A DNA stretch of 64,000 bases from Antedon mediterranea (GCF_964355755.1 NC_092680.1:21771045-21835044); one strand, 5' to 3'; positions 1 to 13,984 are shown, counted from the stretch's first letter. Notes: generated by a model not told the origin, from the letters alone. A program made the numbers and translations.

Positions 1-3000
1 AACGTACGTACTTTTTGGCGGCCGATGAAATCATATGGGACTACGTTCCGACTGGAAAGAATGTTGTAACAAATACGTCACTCCCACCAAGGTTAGTCTA
101 AACTTTCTTAGCAAAGAAATAAGATAAGTACCATTACATAGCACGCGCCATGTGGTACATCACAGGGCTTACTTCTTTTAGGCCGTGGTGTCTGTACTGT
201 ATAAAACCATGGAGTAATTTACTCCATGATAAACTATGATAAATAATAACATTTTCCCACAGTTGGGAAATATTATAATACAAGTATTGAATATGAAGTC
301 ATGGAGGAAGGCTAATAATTCTAAAGCTCTGTCTATACACTATCAGATTTAGATGACAAAAAATTTGTGATATGCCAATATATGGACATGATGCTGTCAT
401 ATAATCACTACTATATTTGGGCACATCACACTTTTTTGGTCAAATTAGTTTTATAGTGTAGACAGAGCTTTACGCAGTTGCATATTCATACCTGGAAACT
501 AATAACAAAACAAAAACTTAATTTTTTAGCGAAAATGGAATTGGAACAATATTTAGGAAAGTGGTGTACAGAGCATATAGTGATGATACATTTACAGCGG
601 CTCTAGAGCATCCTGATTGGCTGGGATATCTTGGACCAATCATCTATGCAGAAGTGGGAGAAACGATCATCATTCACTTTAAAAACAACGCTACAAAAGC
701 AGTCAGTCTTCACCCCCATGGGGTCTTTTATAACAAAGACTCTGAAGGTAAGCTCAATTGTTTCAAAATAAAACTACTCCACAAAGAAGATTGGTTGGAG
801 GAGTGGGCGTGGTGGGGGTAAAGAGGCCCACTCTACTCCCTTTTGACAGATTGTTTCAATAATATACTCCACAAATAAGGGGGTCGGTGATCCAGGGACC
901 CATACTCTTTGCCCATTTGTGACAGCTTTTTTTTTGTTTACAAATATTATTCCAAAAAGAAGGCAGGGCCAGGGATGTAATTAAGTTAATAAGTCTAAGA
1001 ATTTCAGCTGGTGTTGTTTGAAAGAGGACGTAGGTTATTGAGATTACTACAACATCATCAACATCAAATAAGGTTACACAGTCTTTGCAGTCTTTGTTTG
1101 GTAAAATTTGATTCAAAATAATCATTATCTGAGATACTTAAGCATAAGTTATTTCTCATTAGGAGCACTTTACGTGGATGGTACAAAAGGTAAAGACAAG
1201 TTAGATGATGATATTCCACCAAATGGAGAATACAAATACACATGGATTGCTAACGAGAGAGCTGGTCCAGCTAATGATGATACTAACTGCATACCGTGGA
1301 TGTACCATTCACATATCAAAAGTCCACACGGAACAAATAGCGGCCTTGTTGGGTCAATGATCATTTGCAGAAAAGGTTGGTATCAATTTTTTTCTTTTTC
1401 TTGTTGCACTCAACTTTAAATTGAATAATCAAATAAGGCATAGTTTTATGTTTGTTTTGGTTTTTTTTATTTTTTAACTTTGTATGTGCAATAAGTTAGT
1501 CCTGCACTAAATAAATATTTTCAACATGAAGATGACTAATATGGTAACAGCTACCAATATTTAGATTGATCAATAATAAGTTTGTTTGACTCGGCCTGAG
1601 TATGAAGAAGCTGCTCCAGTCCTCCAATGTATTTTTTTAGTTTTCAAGATTGCATGATGTATAATTTTTTCTCTCAATGTTTCTTAAGTCTAAGCAGACC
1701 AGGAAACAAGGTTAAGTACAAGAGTATTTTAGCATTATTGTATTTCTATGAACTTGCTGCACTTCATAGATAACAAGTACTTCAGTTATTTTTAGGTCAA
1801 ACAATAACTTTTTAACAATAAAAAAAAAGTACCTGAATAATCTGTTATGCAAAACAGTAACACAACCAGGAAGGAGTGAACAAATAAAGTAATACTTTTC
1901 AAAACATGTACTACTTCCTTTTGTTTCTTCATCTAAGTTTGGCACCTTTCCATTTTATAATAGTAGGCCTATTCTATTTCTAGAGAAAGTGATTTTCAAC
2001 TATTTTTTGTAAAATAATTATGATATTCATATTTACAACATGCATGTTGTTTATTTCAGTATTCAATGATATCAAATAACATAATACAGTAACCCAACAC
2101 ATAAGATTATATTCTTGTCTGATGGAGTATATCATCTGTATTAATATTGTGTTTTATGTCCTTTATTATTCAACATAAAAAAGACTGGAGAGATTCAATG
2201 GGTTTACCTGGATTGAACAGTAGACAACAAATATAGGACATGGTTGGGTTTACCTGGATTGAACAGTAGACAACAAATATAGGACATGGTTGGGTTTACC
2301 TGGATTGAACAGTAGACAACAAATATAGGACATGGTTGGGTTTACCTGGATTGAACAGTAGACAACAAATATAGGACATGGTTGGGTTTACCTGGATTGA
2401 ACAGTAGACAACAAATATAGGACATGGTTGGGTTTACCTGGATTGAACAGTAGACAACAAATATAGGACATGGTTGGGTTTACCTGGATTGAACAGTAGA
2501 CAACAAATATAGGACATGGTTAGGTTTACCTGGATTGAACAGTAGACAACAAATATAGGACATGGTTGGGTTTACCTGGATTGAACAGTAGACAACAAAT
2601 ATAGGACATGGTTAGGTTTACCTGGATTGAACAGTAGACAACAAATATAGGACATGGTTGGGTTTACCTGGATTGAACAGTAGACAACAAATATAGGACA
2701 TGGTTGGGTTTACCTGGATTGAACAGTAGACAACAAATATAGGACATGGTTAGGTTTACCTGGATTGAACAGTACACAACAAATATAGGACATGGTTAGG
2801 TTTACCTGGATTGAACAGTAGACAACAAATATAGGACATGGTTGGGTTTACCTGGATTGAACAGTAGACAACAAATATAGGACATGGTTAGGTTTACCTG
2901 GATTGAACAGTAGACAACAAATATAGGACATGGTTGGGTTTACCTGGATTGAACAGTAGACAACAAATATAGGACATGGTTGGGTTTACCTGGATTGAAC

Positions 3001-6000
3001 AGTAGACAACAAATATAGGACATGGTTGGGTTTACCTGGATTGAACAGTAGACAACAAATATAGGACATGGTTAGGTTTACCTGGATTGAACAGTAGACA
3101 ACAAATATAGGACATGGTTGGGTTTACCTGGATTGAACAGTAGACAACAAATATAGGACATGGTTGGGTTTACCTGGATTGAACAGTAGACAACAAATAT
3201 AGGACATGGTTGGGTTTACCTGGATTGAACAGTAGACAACAAATATAGGACATGGTTGGGTTTACCTGGATTGAACAGTAGACAACAAATATAGGACATG
3301 GTTGGGTTTACCTGGATTGAACAGTAGACAACAAATATAGGACATGGTTGGGTTTACCTGGATTGAACAGTAGACAACAAATATAGGACATGGTTGGGTT
3401 TACCTGGATTGAACAGTAGACAACAAATATAGGACATGGTTAGGTTTACCTGGATTGAACAGTAGACAACAAATATAGGACATGGTTGGGTTTACCTGGA
3501 TTGAACAGTAGACAACAAATATAGGACATGGTTAGGTTTACCTGGATTGAACAGTAGACAACAAATATAGGACATGGTTGGGTTTACCTGGATTGAACAG
3601 TAGACAACAAATATAGGACATGGTTGGGTTTACCTGGATTGAACAGTAGACAACAAATATAGGACATGGTTAGGTTTACCTGGATTGAACAGTACACAAC
3701 AAATATAGGACATGGTTAGGTTTACCTGGATTGAACAGTAGACAACAAATATAGGACATGGTTGGGTTTACCTGGATTGAACAGTAGACAACAAATATAG
3801 GACATGGTTAGGTTTACCTGGATTGAACAGTAGACAACAAATATAGGACATGGTTGGGTTTACCTGGATTGAACAGTAGACAACAAATATAGGACATGGT
3901 TGGGTTTACCTGGATTGAACAGTAGACAACAAATATAGGACATGGTTGGGTTTACCTGGATTGAACAGTAGACAACAAATATAGGACATGGTTAGGTTTA
4001 CCTGGATTGAACAGTAGACAACAAATATAGGACATGGTTGGGTTTACCTGGATTGAACAGTAGACAACAAATATAGGACATGGTTGGGTTTACCTGGATT
4101 GAACAGTAGACAACAAATATAGGACATGGTTGGGTTTACCTGGATTGAACAGTAGACAACAAATATAGGACATGGTTGGGTTTACCTGGATTGAACAGTA
4201 GACAACAAATATAGGACATGGTTAGGTTTACCTGGATTGAACAGTAGACAACAAATATAGGACATGGTTGGGTTTACCTGGATTGAACAGTAGACAACAA
4301 ATATAGGACATGGTTGGGTTTACCTGGATTGAACAGTAGACAACAAATATAGGACATGGTTAGGTTTACCTGGATTGAACAGTAGACAACTAATATAGGA
4401 CATGGTTAGGTTTACCTGGATTGAACAGTAGACAACAAATATAGGACATGGTTGGGTTTACCTGGATTGAACAGTAGACAACAAATATAGGACATGGTTG
4501 GGTTTACCTGGATTGAACAGTAGACAACAAATATAGGACATGGTTGGGTTTACCTGGATTGAACAGTAGACAACAAATATAGGACATGGTTGGGTTTACC
4601 TGGATTGAACAGTAGACAACAAATATAGGACATGGTTGGGTTTACCTGGATTGAACAGTAGACAACAAATATAGGACATGGTTGGGTTTACCTGGATTGA
4701 ACAGTAGACAACAAATATAGGACATGGTTGGGTTTACCTGGATTGAACAGTAGACAACAAATATAGGACATGGTTGGGTTTACCTGGATTGAACAGTAGA
4801 CAACAAATATAGGACATGGTTGGGTTTACCTGGATTGAACAGTAGACAACAAATATAGGACATGGTTGGGTTTACCTGGATTGAACAGTAGACAACAAAT
4901 ATAGGACATGGTTGGGTTTACCTGGATTGAACAGTAGACAACAAATATAGGACATGGTTGGGTTTACCTGGATTGAACAGTAGACAACAAATATAGGACA
5001 TGGTTGGGTTTACCTGGATTGAACAGTAGACAACAAATATAGGACATGGTTAGGTTTACCTGGATTGAACAGTAGACAACAAATATAGGACATGGTTGGG
5101 TTTACCTGGATTGAACAGTAGACAACAAATATAGGACATGGTTGGGTTTACCTGGATTGAACAGTAGACAACAAATATAGGACATGGTTAGGTTTACCTG
5201 GATTGAACAGTACACAACAAATATAGGACATGGTTGGGTTTACCTGGATTGAACAGTAGACAACAAATATAGGACATGGTTAGGTTTACCTGGATTGAAC
5301 AGTACACAACAAATATAGGACATGGTTGGGTTTACCTGGATTGAACAGTACACAACAAATATAGGACATGGTTGGGTTTACCTGGATTGAACAGTAGACA
5401 ACAAATATAGGACATGGTTAGGTTTACCTGGATTGAACAGTAGACAACAAATATAGGACATGGTTGGGTTTACCTGGATTGAACAGTAGACAACAAATAT
5501 AGGACATGGTTAGGTTTACCTGGATTGAAAAGTAGACAACAAATATAGGACATGGTTGGGTTTACCTGGATTGAACAGTAGACAACAAATATAGGACATG
5601 GTTGGGTTTACCTGGATTGAACAGTAGACAACAAATATAGGACATGGTTGGGTTTACCTGGATTGAACAGTAGACAACAAATATAGGACATGGTTAGGTT
5701 TACCTGGATTGAACAGTAGACAACAAATATAGGACATGGTTGGGTTTACCTGGATTGAACAGTAGACAACAAATATAGGACATGGTTGGGTTTACCTGGA
5801 TTGAACAGTAGACAACAAATATAGGACATGGTTAGGTTTACCTGGATTGAACAGTAGACAACAAATATAGGACATGGTTGGGTTTACCTGGATTGAACAG
5901 TACACAACAAATATAGGACATGGTTAGGTTTACCTGGATTGAACAGTAGACAACAAATATAGGACATGGTTGGGTTTACCTGGATTGAACAGTAGACAAC

Positions 6001-9000
6001 AAATATAGGACATGGTTGGGTTTACCTGGATTGAACAGTAGACAACAAATATAGGACATGGTTGGGTTTACCTGGATTGAACAGTAGACAACAAATATAG
6101 GACATGGTTAGGTTTACCTGGATTGAACAGTAGACAACAAATATAGGACATGGTTGGGTTTACCTGGATTGAACAGTAGACAACAAATATAGGACATGGT
6201 TGGGTTTACCTGGATTGAACAGTAGACAACAAATATAGGACATGGTTAGGTTTACCTGGATTGAACAGTAGACAACAAATATAGGACATGGTTGGGTTTG
6301 TGAAAGTGGAGAAGTAGGGTATTGATATATTTTTGGTTTGGGATTTCTACACCCTGCAGAGTGTGATTAGAATGCTTCATCATGATACCACTTGATTTGC
6401 ACAAATTAATGAAATGTATTGCATCAGGGCCGTTGGTAAGGTTTCAACCTGACCACTTTTTCACAAAGCATTTGACAATTCCCTGTTGCTTCAACAGAGT
6501 ATTGCTCCCCTTTCTTGCGATCAGCTCATCACTTTATTTCTTGTGGCTACACTAGCTCTGTGCATTGAGGAGAGTTTCTAATTTAATTCAATAACAGGTT
6601 CAGTCAATTCTAGCTATGTTCACTTCCTTTCCTTTGTAGAATACTCCAATGGGAACAAATAATTTTGCTTTCGGTGTACTGTCTACAGTATCAAAGTATG
6701 CGATGTGTCCATAATGGATGATGATGATGATGTCATATCAATATATTTGGGCATATTACTACCATATTTGGGTACATCACACTTTTAATTGTTGTCAAAT
6801 TAGTTTCACAGTGTATACAGCTTTTAATACAATTTTGTATTAAAATACAAAATTGTTTTTCCTTATTGAGAATTAAAATACTTTACTCTTATCAAATGAA
6901 TGCCTATATAACTTGGACATGGGCCAATTATGTTTTTTTTGTATTTCGCAATATCCTATACCTTAAAAAAAAACCGAATGAATCATGTGAGTTTAGAGTT
7001 AGGTAAAACAAGATAAGCTTTTCATGTTTGATTTTTAATAGGAATGAGAAAAATTGTGGGTTAATGTCGCTGTTATCGCCCCTATATCCATCTCACAGTT
7101 TGTCAACAACAACATTAATGTAGGCTTAACTTACAGAACTTGATTAAATGTGTAAATTCTTCACTAATAATAATCGTTTTTTGCACAGGTATCTTAAATA
7201 AAAATGGACAAAGGTCAGATGTAGATAAAGAGTTTGTTTTGATGTTTACGGTAACTGATGAGAACTTAAGCTACTACTTGGATGAAAACATCCAAGAATT
7301 TGCTACTAGCCTCGTTAATAAAGGTAAACAAAGTAATTTATAGTCTGTGAATATATAAATAATTTACATTGCTTAAACATGTGTGGTTCCTCTTAGTATA
7401 GTGCTTGGTGGTTGAGATACTTGACTACTCAGATCCCATCAGATGTACAGATTTGTTTTCATGACAAAAAAACATCTCCACCCCCAAAGTTTTGTTTAAG
7501 AATTTTAAAACCACCATTAATACTGAATGAATTCTATTAAAATGGGCAACAAGCGTATATTATTTAAATGGTGTAACTATTTAATTTGAAAAAAAGGCCT
7601 GTAAAAAGTAAACAAAGACTGCAATATTTTCAGTAGTAAATTTAGAGGTTTTACAAAACATGAGAGTCATTGCTACACATCCTAACTGCCTAATTAGTAT
7701 TTGATGAGTTTTTATATAGTTTTGCTGGCAGTGTGAATGGGGTATATACTATAACAGTTATACATGTATCTACATTTCATTTTTTTTTATTTCTTAATTT
7801 TATTGGTATTTTAGAAGATGAAGCTTTCCAGGGGTCTCTTCTGAAAGATGGAATCAATGGGTATTTGTATGGCAACTTGCCTGGATTGGAGATAAATCAA
7901 GGTGATAAGGTTGAATGGCATGTGTTAGGCATGGGCACTGAAGCTGATATACACACTGCTTACTTCCATGGCAATATTCTTGTACGTTTTGCAACACATT
8001 TTGGTATAATTTCACCTTAGTGATGTTGTTAAATTTGTTTATTTATAATAGAGGTTCTTAGTTTCCACCAGTACGGTTGGTAAGGTTTCAACCTGACTAC
8101 TTTTTGACAGAGGTCAACCCACACAAGAGATGAGATTGTTTTCTCTTTTTTCGATCCTTTACCACTTTAATTCTCGTGGCTATAGAGTTGCTTTTTTTCT
8201 TTCAGGATGTCCGAAATCACCGAACTGACTCAATCAGTGTAGAACCAGCAGCGTTCTTCACAGGTAGAATGGTTGCAGATAACGTAGGGTCTTGGCTCAT
8301 AACCGATGCGGTCACATCACACTATGAAGGTGTGTATGTGATGTTTCTTTTTAATTTTAAGAAGTCTGAAAATGTTCTTCCAATAAGCTGTTGGTTAAAA
8401 AACTTGGTACCCAATTAAAAACAAGTAGGGTATCGTTTTCTAGTGTTCTAATCTCTGTAGACACTTCTCATTTCTATTCTATAAATATTTTCACTAGATG
8501 GGTCTCAAGCTATTTATACTGTGACCGGACAGGAGCCTACACCAATGACAGGAACTGTAAGAGAGTATTTTATTGCAGCAGTTGAAATAGAGTGGGATTA
8601 TTTGCCTATTGGTGAAGATCCACTCACATCGGAAAACAATCTGTGAGTATTTTATAAATAAATTTAGTATTGTCTTCGTGGTTTATACATTGATTTTTTA
8701 ACTTCATAAAATGTTTGTTTAATTCAATGTGTTTTTGTTTTACTAAAGAAACATGTTTCTTGCTATAGCATAAAAGATCATATGCTCAGAACAATGAGTA
8801 GTTTATATAAACTATTTAATGTGTAATTGTTCTCAAATGGTTTTCATTTTTCATTGTCTTTGTCATTGTCAAACTGTATTATGCCAAAGGTCCTTAATTC
8901 AACTGGATGGACTACCCTCGTAAAATATTAGTTGAACAAATAAAATATTTATCTATGTGATTTCCTTAGTTCCATTATTGGAAGTTTCATTATAAACATA

Positions 9001-12000
9001 GAGTTGTGTATTTTGTAGGGAGCCATTTTTCAACAAAGCAGCCAACAGAATAGGATCAGTTTACAAGAAAGCTGTTTATCGAGAGTACACAGATGCGACA
9101 TTCACACAACAAAAAGTGCGAACACCGGAGGAAGAACACCATGGTTACTTGGGACCTGTCATCAAAGCTGAAGTTGGCGACGTGATTAATGTAACATTCC
9201 GTAACCTAGCTACCAGGAATTACAGTATACATGCTCAGGGTGTGATGTATGATAAGATGAATGAGGGAATGTTTTATAATGATGGAACTTCAGGTTTGTG
9301 GATTATTCATTTTAGGCTGCTTTGTGAATATGATAGATGGATATTATAGGCCTATGTTTATTAATTTGTAAGTGAAAAAGGTATTGTATTGTTTAGAACC
9401 TAGGCCTGTCGTATTAATATTTCATGACTTAAGCTCTGTCTAACTATCAAACTAGTTTGACAAAAAAACTGTGATGTGCCCAATAGTGATTTACCCAAAT
9501 ATGGTAGTGATATGACATCATCATGTCCATATATTGGCACATCACATTTTTTTTATCATATACAGTTTGATAGTGTAGACAGAGCTTTAAATTAAAGGAC
9601 ATTGAACAAATCTTTCAGAGGAAGACAGAGTTGATGCTAATGTGCAGCCAGGCGAAACTTACAGTTACTATTTGTCAGTTCCTGATAACTATGGACCAAT
9701 GGTGGGTGATGAAGATTGCCTTACATGGATGTACTATTCAGGTGTAGATCTTCAAAGAGATTTGTACTCTGGTCTTGTTGGCCCTTTGATTACATGCAGA
9801 CCAGGAACATTATCATCCACAACACAGGTAAACATACATGTATGGATTTGTACTCTGATCTTGTTGGTTCTTATATGAACAATGATGTCTAATATAAATA
9901 TAATAATTAGTTAACATTGCACCGTTTACACTTTACATTTATTTATGTTTTGTGACATCCAATATGTCAGTTCAATGTATGTAAATTTAATCAGATTTAT
10001 TTTATTGGAATTTTTGTAGAAATTCCTGTTTTTCTTCACAACTGATGAGAACTTAAGTTGGTATATTGATGACAACATTGCAGCAAATACAACTGATCCA
10101 ACGTTGATGAAAGATGATGAAGACTTTATGGCATCCAATAGAATGAGTGGTACGTTATGAGTGGCCTGTTGTCCATGCGCCCAATACCCTGAAAACTGGA
10201 CAGACGTCTATCAACTGAAAAACGGAAATGTGTGATTATTTAGAAGAGCACAATTTATAAATACACGAATGATTTTGTTTACATTGATTTGATTTTATAT
10301 AAATTCGAATTACATTATTCATTCATTCATTCATTTCGTACTTAATATTCATAGGATGAAAAAAACAGTACATAATCAACAAAAGTTACTAATCAAATTA
10401 GGCAAGAGTTTAAATAAATTATATTTTTTCATTAGTGAAAGTAAACTTGAACGGACATTGATACAAAAACTTAAATTTTCTAGTGATGATACCATGTTTT
10501 TCCCTTTGCAGCTATCAATGGATTTTCTTTCTCAAATCTTCCTAGCATTCATGTCTGTCAAGGTGATGATGTAAGTTGGCATTTGATGTCACTAGGGAAA
10601 GAGACGGACCAAACAACGGTCTATTTCCATGGTAACACCTTCATATTCAATGGCGCCCGCACAGACTCGGTCGCCCTATTTCCTGGAATTTATCAGACTG
10701 TGGTAATGACACCAAGCTTATCAGGTTTGCTAACAGTTTTTTTTACCAGAAAGGGCTTTTAAGGCATTTTTTTTTCTGTTTTTGCCAAATGTCTATAATC
10801 AATCCATTTTTTTTACTGAATAATAAGGTCAATGGATTATTGAGAGCCAATCAGCTGTGCAAAGAGACAGTGGAATGATTGCAAGATTCTTAGTTGGGAA
10901 CTGTAACAGTCTACCAACTCAAAGCTACAAGGAGCATTGTGATCGTACATACTACATTGCCGCTGTAGAGATGCATTGGGATTTTGCTAAGGAAAAATAT
11001 GATTATATTCGCAATATTTCCCTTCAAGATCCGGACAGGCAAGTTTTTTAACCAAGATTTTTATTATTTATGGGTTTTTTTTCGCAAAAGCTGTGATGTA
11101 GATGGAGGCCATATACCACAGGCTATGAGATTGATTGTCAAAGTTGATACTGTTACCCTATGCTAAGCTCTGTCTACACTATCAAACTAGTTTGGAAAAA
11201 AAGTGTGATGTGCCCAAATATGGCAGTGGTATAACATCATCATGTTCATATATTGGCACATTTTACATTTTGTTGTCACATAAAGTTTGATAGTGTAACA
11301 GAGCTTAAAAATACCATATATGACCGAATATCAAGTTACTCAAGTATAATACCACCCCTTTGATAATTTATTCCGAATACAATCCCACCCCTTATTATTT
11401 GTTTATGCTTGATTATATAGTACCGTTGTTAACAATGTACATCTGGTTTGTTATGACAGTTCTGGTCACGTCTTTGTCACTCAAACCGAGACATTAATTG
11501 GAAGTGTTTACAAAAAGGCCCTCTATCGTCAGTATGAAGATGAAGAGTTCAAAGTTCAAAGTGAACATGAAACATATCTCGGAACATTAGGACCACTCAT
11601 CAGGATGCAAGTTGATGAAAAGATCTGCATTGTGTTTAAAAACATGGCCTCAAGAAATTACTCAATTGACGGGCAAGGTGTCGTTGTAAGCAATAAAATG
11701 AAATCTGTAGCACCCGGTGAAACTTACACGTACGTTTGGAATGCACCTACTAGCGTCGCTCCAACAAATACTGACCCAAATTGCGTGGCGTATTCATACT
11801 ATTCAACTACGGACCGTGTTCGAGATATCTATTCAGGCTTGATAGGTCCTCTAGCGGTGTGTAAAAAAAATGTTCTTGATAATTCAGGTGCGAGGAAGGA
11901 TGTTGATCGTGAATTTGCGCTTCTCTTTATGGTTATGGATGAAAATCAGAGCTGGTATCTTGATGAAAATATTAACCTATTCACAGACACGCCGGCCATG

Positions 12001-13581
12001 GTGGATACGTCTGACCCAGAATTTGAGGAGAGCAACTTAATGCATGGTAAATATTGAGACAATTACAAAAAAAACCATTGTTGATAAATTTAGAAAGACT
12101 TTATTCACAATTCTTATAGTTGAATAGCATAGTTATTTTTTTATTCCCAATATGTATATTTCAATAGCCAACTTGTAGTGTTCATTCTTGAAATTTTTTC
12201 TTTTTAACTAAAATATTAATAATTAAATTCAGTACAGTATCTTCTTGTCTCACGTAAACAGCCTAATTGACCTAATTGACTGTAACATTATAGAATAGAA
12301 ATATTATTTACACAAACTTAAAGGGCCTTTGTTTTATTTCAGGAATCAATAGCTTTATTTACACAAACTTAAAGGGCCTTTGTTTTATTTCAGGAATCAA
12401 TGGCTTTATTTACACAAACTTAAAGGGCCTTTGTTTTATTTCAGGAATCAATGGCTTTATTTACACAAACTTAAAGGGCCTTTGTTTTATTTCAGGAATC
12501 AATGGCTTTATTTACACAAACTTAAAGGGCCTTTGTTTTATTTCAGGAATCAATGGCTTTATTTACACAAACTTAAAGGGCCTTTGTTTTATTTCAGGAA
12601 TCAATGGCTTTATTTACACAAACTTAAAGGGACTTGAAATGATAAAAGGAGAAACAGTCGACTGGTACCTGATTTCCATGGGAACAGATGTTGATTTACA
12701 TTCTGTGCATTTTCATGCTCAAACGGTAACCTACCAGACAGACACGACGCAGCGAGCCGATGTTTTTGAACTGTTTCCAGGTGTGTTTCAATGTTTACCC
12801 TTTCCACACACCTTTTACACACACATACCATACAAAACATCGGTGTTGACACTCTGTGTATGGAAACACTTGAGTTTTGCTAAATGACGTGGAACTGGTA
12901 TTTGACCAAATGATGTTTTAATAATTGTCTGTTGTTCTTTGATGTAAAATTTTCTATTTTCTTTGATTAGATAATTGTTATGGATTTTGATATTTTCAAA
13001 TAATTATAATAATATAATTTAAAATTTACAATAAAGTTTTTTTGTCAGTTTAATGTCGCATACTTTCTGTTTTTCTAATTTACATGAACATGAATATTCA
13101 TGATATGGTTTACATTGCAGGTGTATACAAGACAATTGAGATGGAGCCAGACAATGTAGGAACGTGGCTTTTACACTGCCACGTCAATGATCACATCTTT
13201 GCTGGCATGGAGGCGCTCTTCACTGTTCAAGGTTAGCATAATTTATATCCTCAAAACATCATAATGTCATTTATTTTATTTACAATAATTCTACTTCATA
13301 TTTTTACCCTGATTTTACCTTATTTCCACATTTAATTATAATTTTATTTCATCATTAATGTACAAAATTGTTTTTTTACCATGTTTTTTTTACAATTATT
13401 TCACTTCCCAATCACATTGTGACTTTTGTTGCCAATGTTGAAATAATACGTATTTGGATAATAATTATATCTTTGTTCTTTTATAGAAGCTGAAAAAGAA
13501 CCAAGTCGGTCAAAGGTCAACATATGCTCCAGCTTTCTTACATTTCTTACTTTCATCATGGTATCAATTCTAGTATACTAA
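1..13581 (+). CDS. Ceruloplasmin/hephaestin-like six-domain multicopper ferroxidase, 5' end outside window, hydrophobic (GPI-like) C-terminus
   Basis: Phase-consistent exons: 1-91, 530-747, 1163-1375, 7189-7323, 7815-7981, 8206-8329, 8498-8642, 9019-9293, 9619-9827, 10020-10149, 10512-10724, 10828-11038, 11460-12046, 12598(or upstream repeat acceptor)-12780, 13121-13231, 13487-13581 (TAA). Motifs: [64 protein letters not shown]. Three-fold repeated domain pairs are typical of CP/HEPH; exact orthology not determinable. Confidence 0.93.
324..471. mobile_element. MITE family A copy (TIR AGCTCTGTCTACACTATCAAACT)
   Basis: Inverted termini agctctgtcta(ta)cactatca...tagtgtagacagagct around an internal tgtgatgtgccc...gggcacatcaca palindrome; about 16 related copies in the window. 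Confidence 0.8.
2199..6299. repeat. Intronic minisatellite, 46-bp unit, ~89 copies
   Basis: Unit gggtttacctggattgaacagtagacaacaaatataggacatggtt; period checked (2201 vs 2661 = 10 units); no spacers. Confidence 0.97.
6680..6823. mobile_element. MITE family A, degenerate copy
   Basis: ctgtctacagtatcaaa...gatgtcatatc...accatatttgggtacatcacac...tagtttcacagtgtatacagct. Confidence 0.6.
9433..9586. mobile_element. MITE family A copy
   Basis: tta|agctctgtctaactatcaaactagtttg...agtttgatagtgtagacagagct|tta; TTA on both flanks. Confidence 0.85.
11165..11305. mobile_element. MITE family A copy
   Basis: aagctctgtctacactatcaaact...agtttgatagtgtaacagagctt. Confidence 0.85.
12305..12631 (+). repeat. 51-bp tandem repeat (~6.4 copies) spanning the 3' splice site of a ferroxidase exon
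   Basis: Unit gaatcaatggctttatttacacaaacttaaagggcctttgttttatttcag; exon could start after AG at 12343, 12394, 12445, 12496, 12547 or 12598. Confidence 0.95.
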
Positions 13582-13984
13582 AACCTACCACCATGTAATA
13601 TGTGACTAGCGTTCAATGATCAGCAGTAGGCCTACTTTAAATCCATTTTAGAGAAGTAGAAATATATTACCTTTGTTTTAGGAACTAGCTTTGTAGTTTT
13701 ATTTTTGTTTGTTCAGCAAGATTTTAACAGAAATCATAATTTGTGTTATTTATTGTTATTTAATAATAATACAAGCTACATAGTAAATCTGTAGATTGAC
13801 ATGTGAACTAACTAAATATAATAACAAAATAATAACAAAAGATAACCAATATGTACCCAGATTTTGTAATAAAGAATTAAGGAAATGTAGAGTAATTATT
13901 TTCTGATCAATAACCTTGTTCACTAATAGATCTAGTTTGTTGATGCTTGCTACTATGACTCTATAAGATGTTGACATTTTTAAA

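Noticed and set aside
2199-6299. CRISPR-like array
   Set aside because: Head-to-tail units with no unique spacers, no cas genes, and it lies in a eukaryotic intron. The same applies to all other arrays here.
12380-12637. [21 protein letters not shown]... from the ORF track
   Set aside because: Wrong frame; the ferroxidase frame is [12 protein letters not shown].
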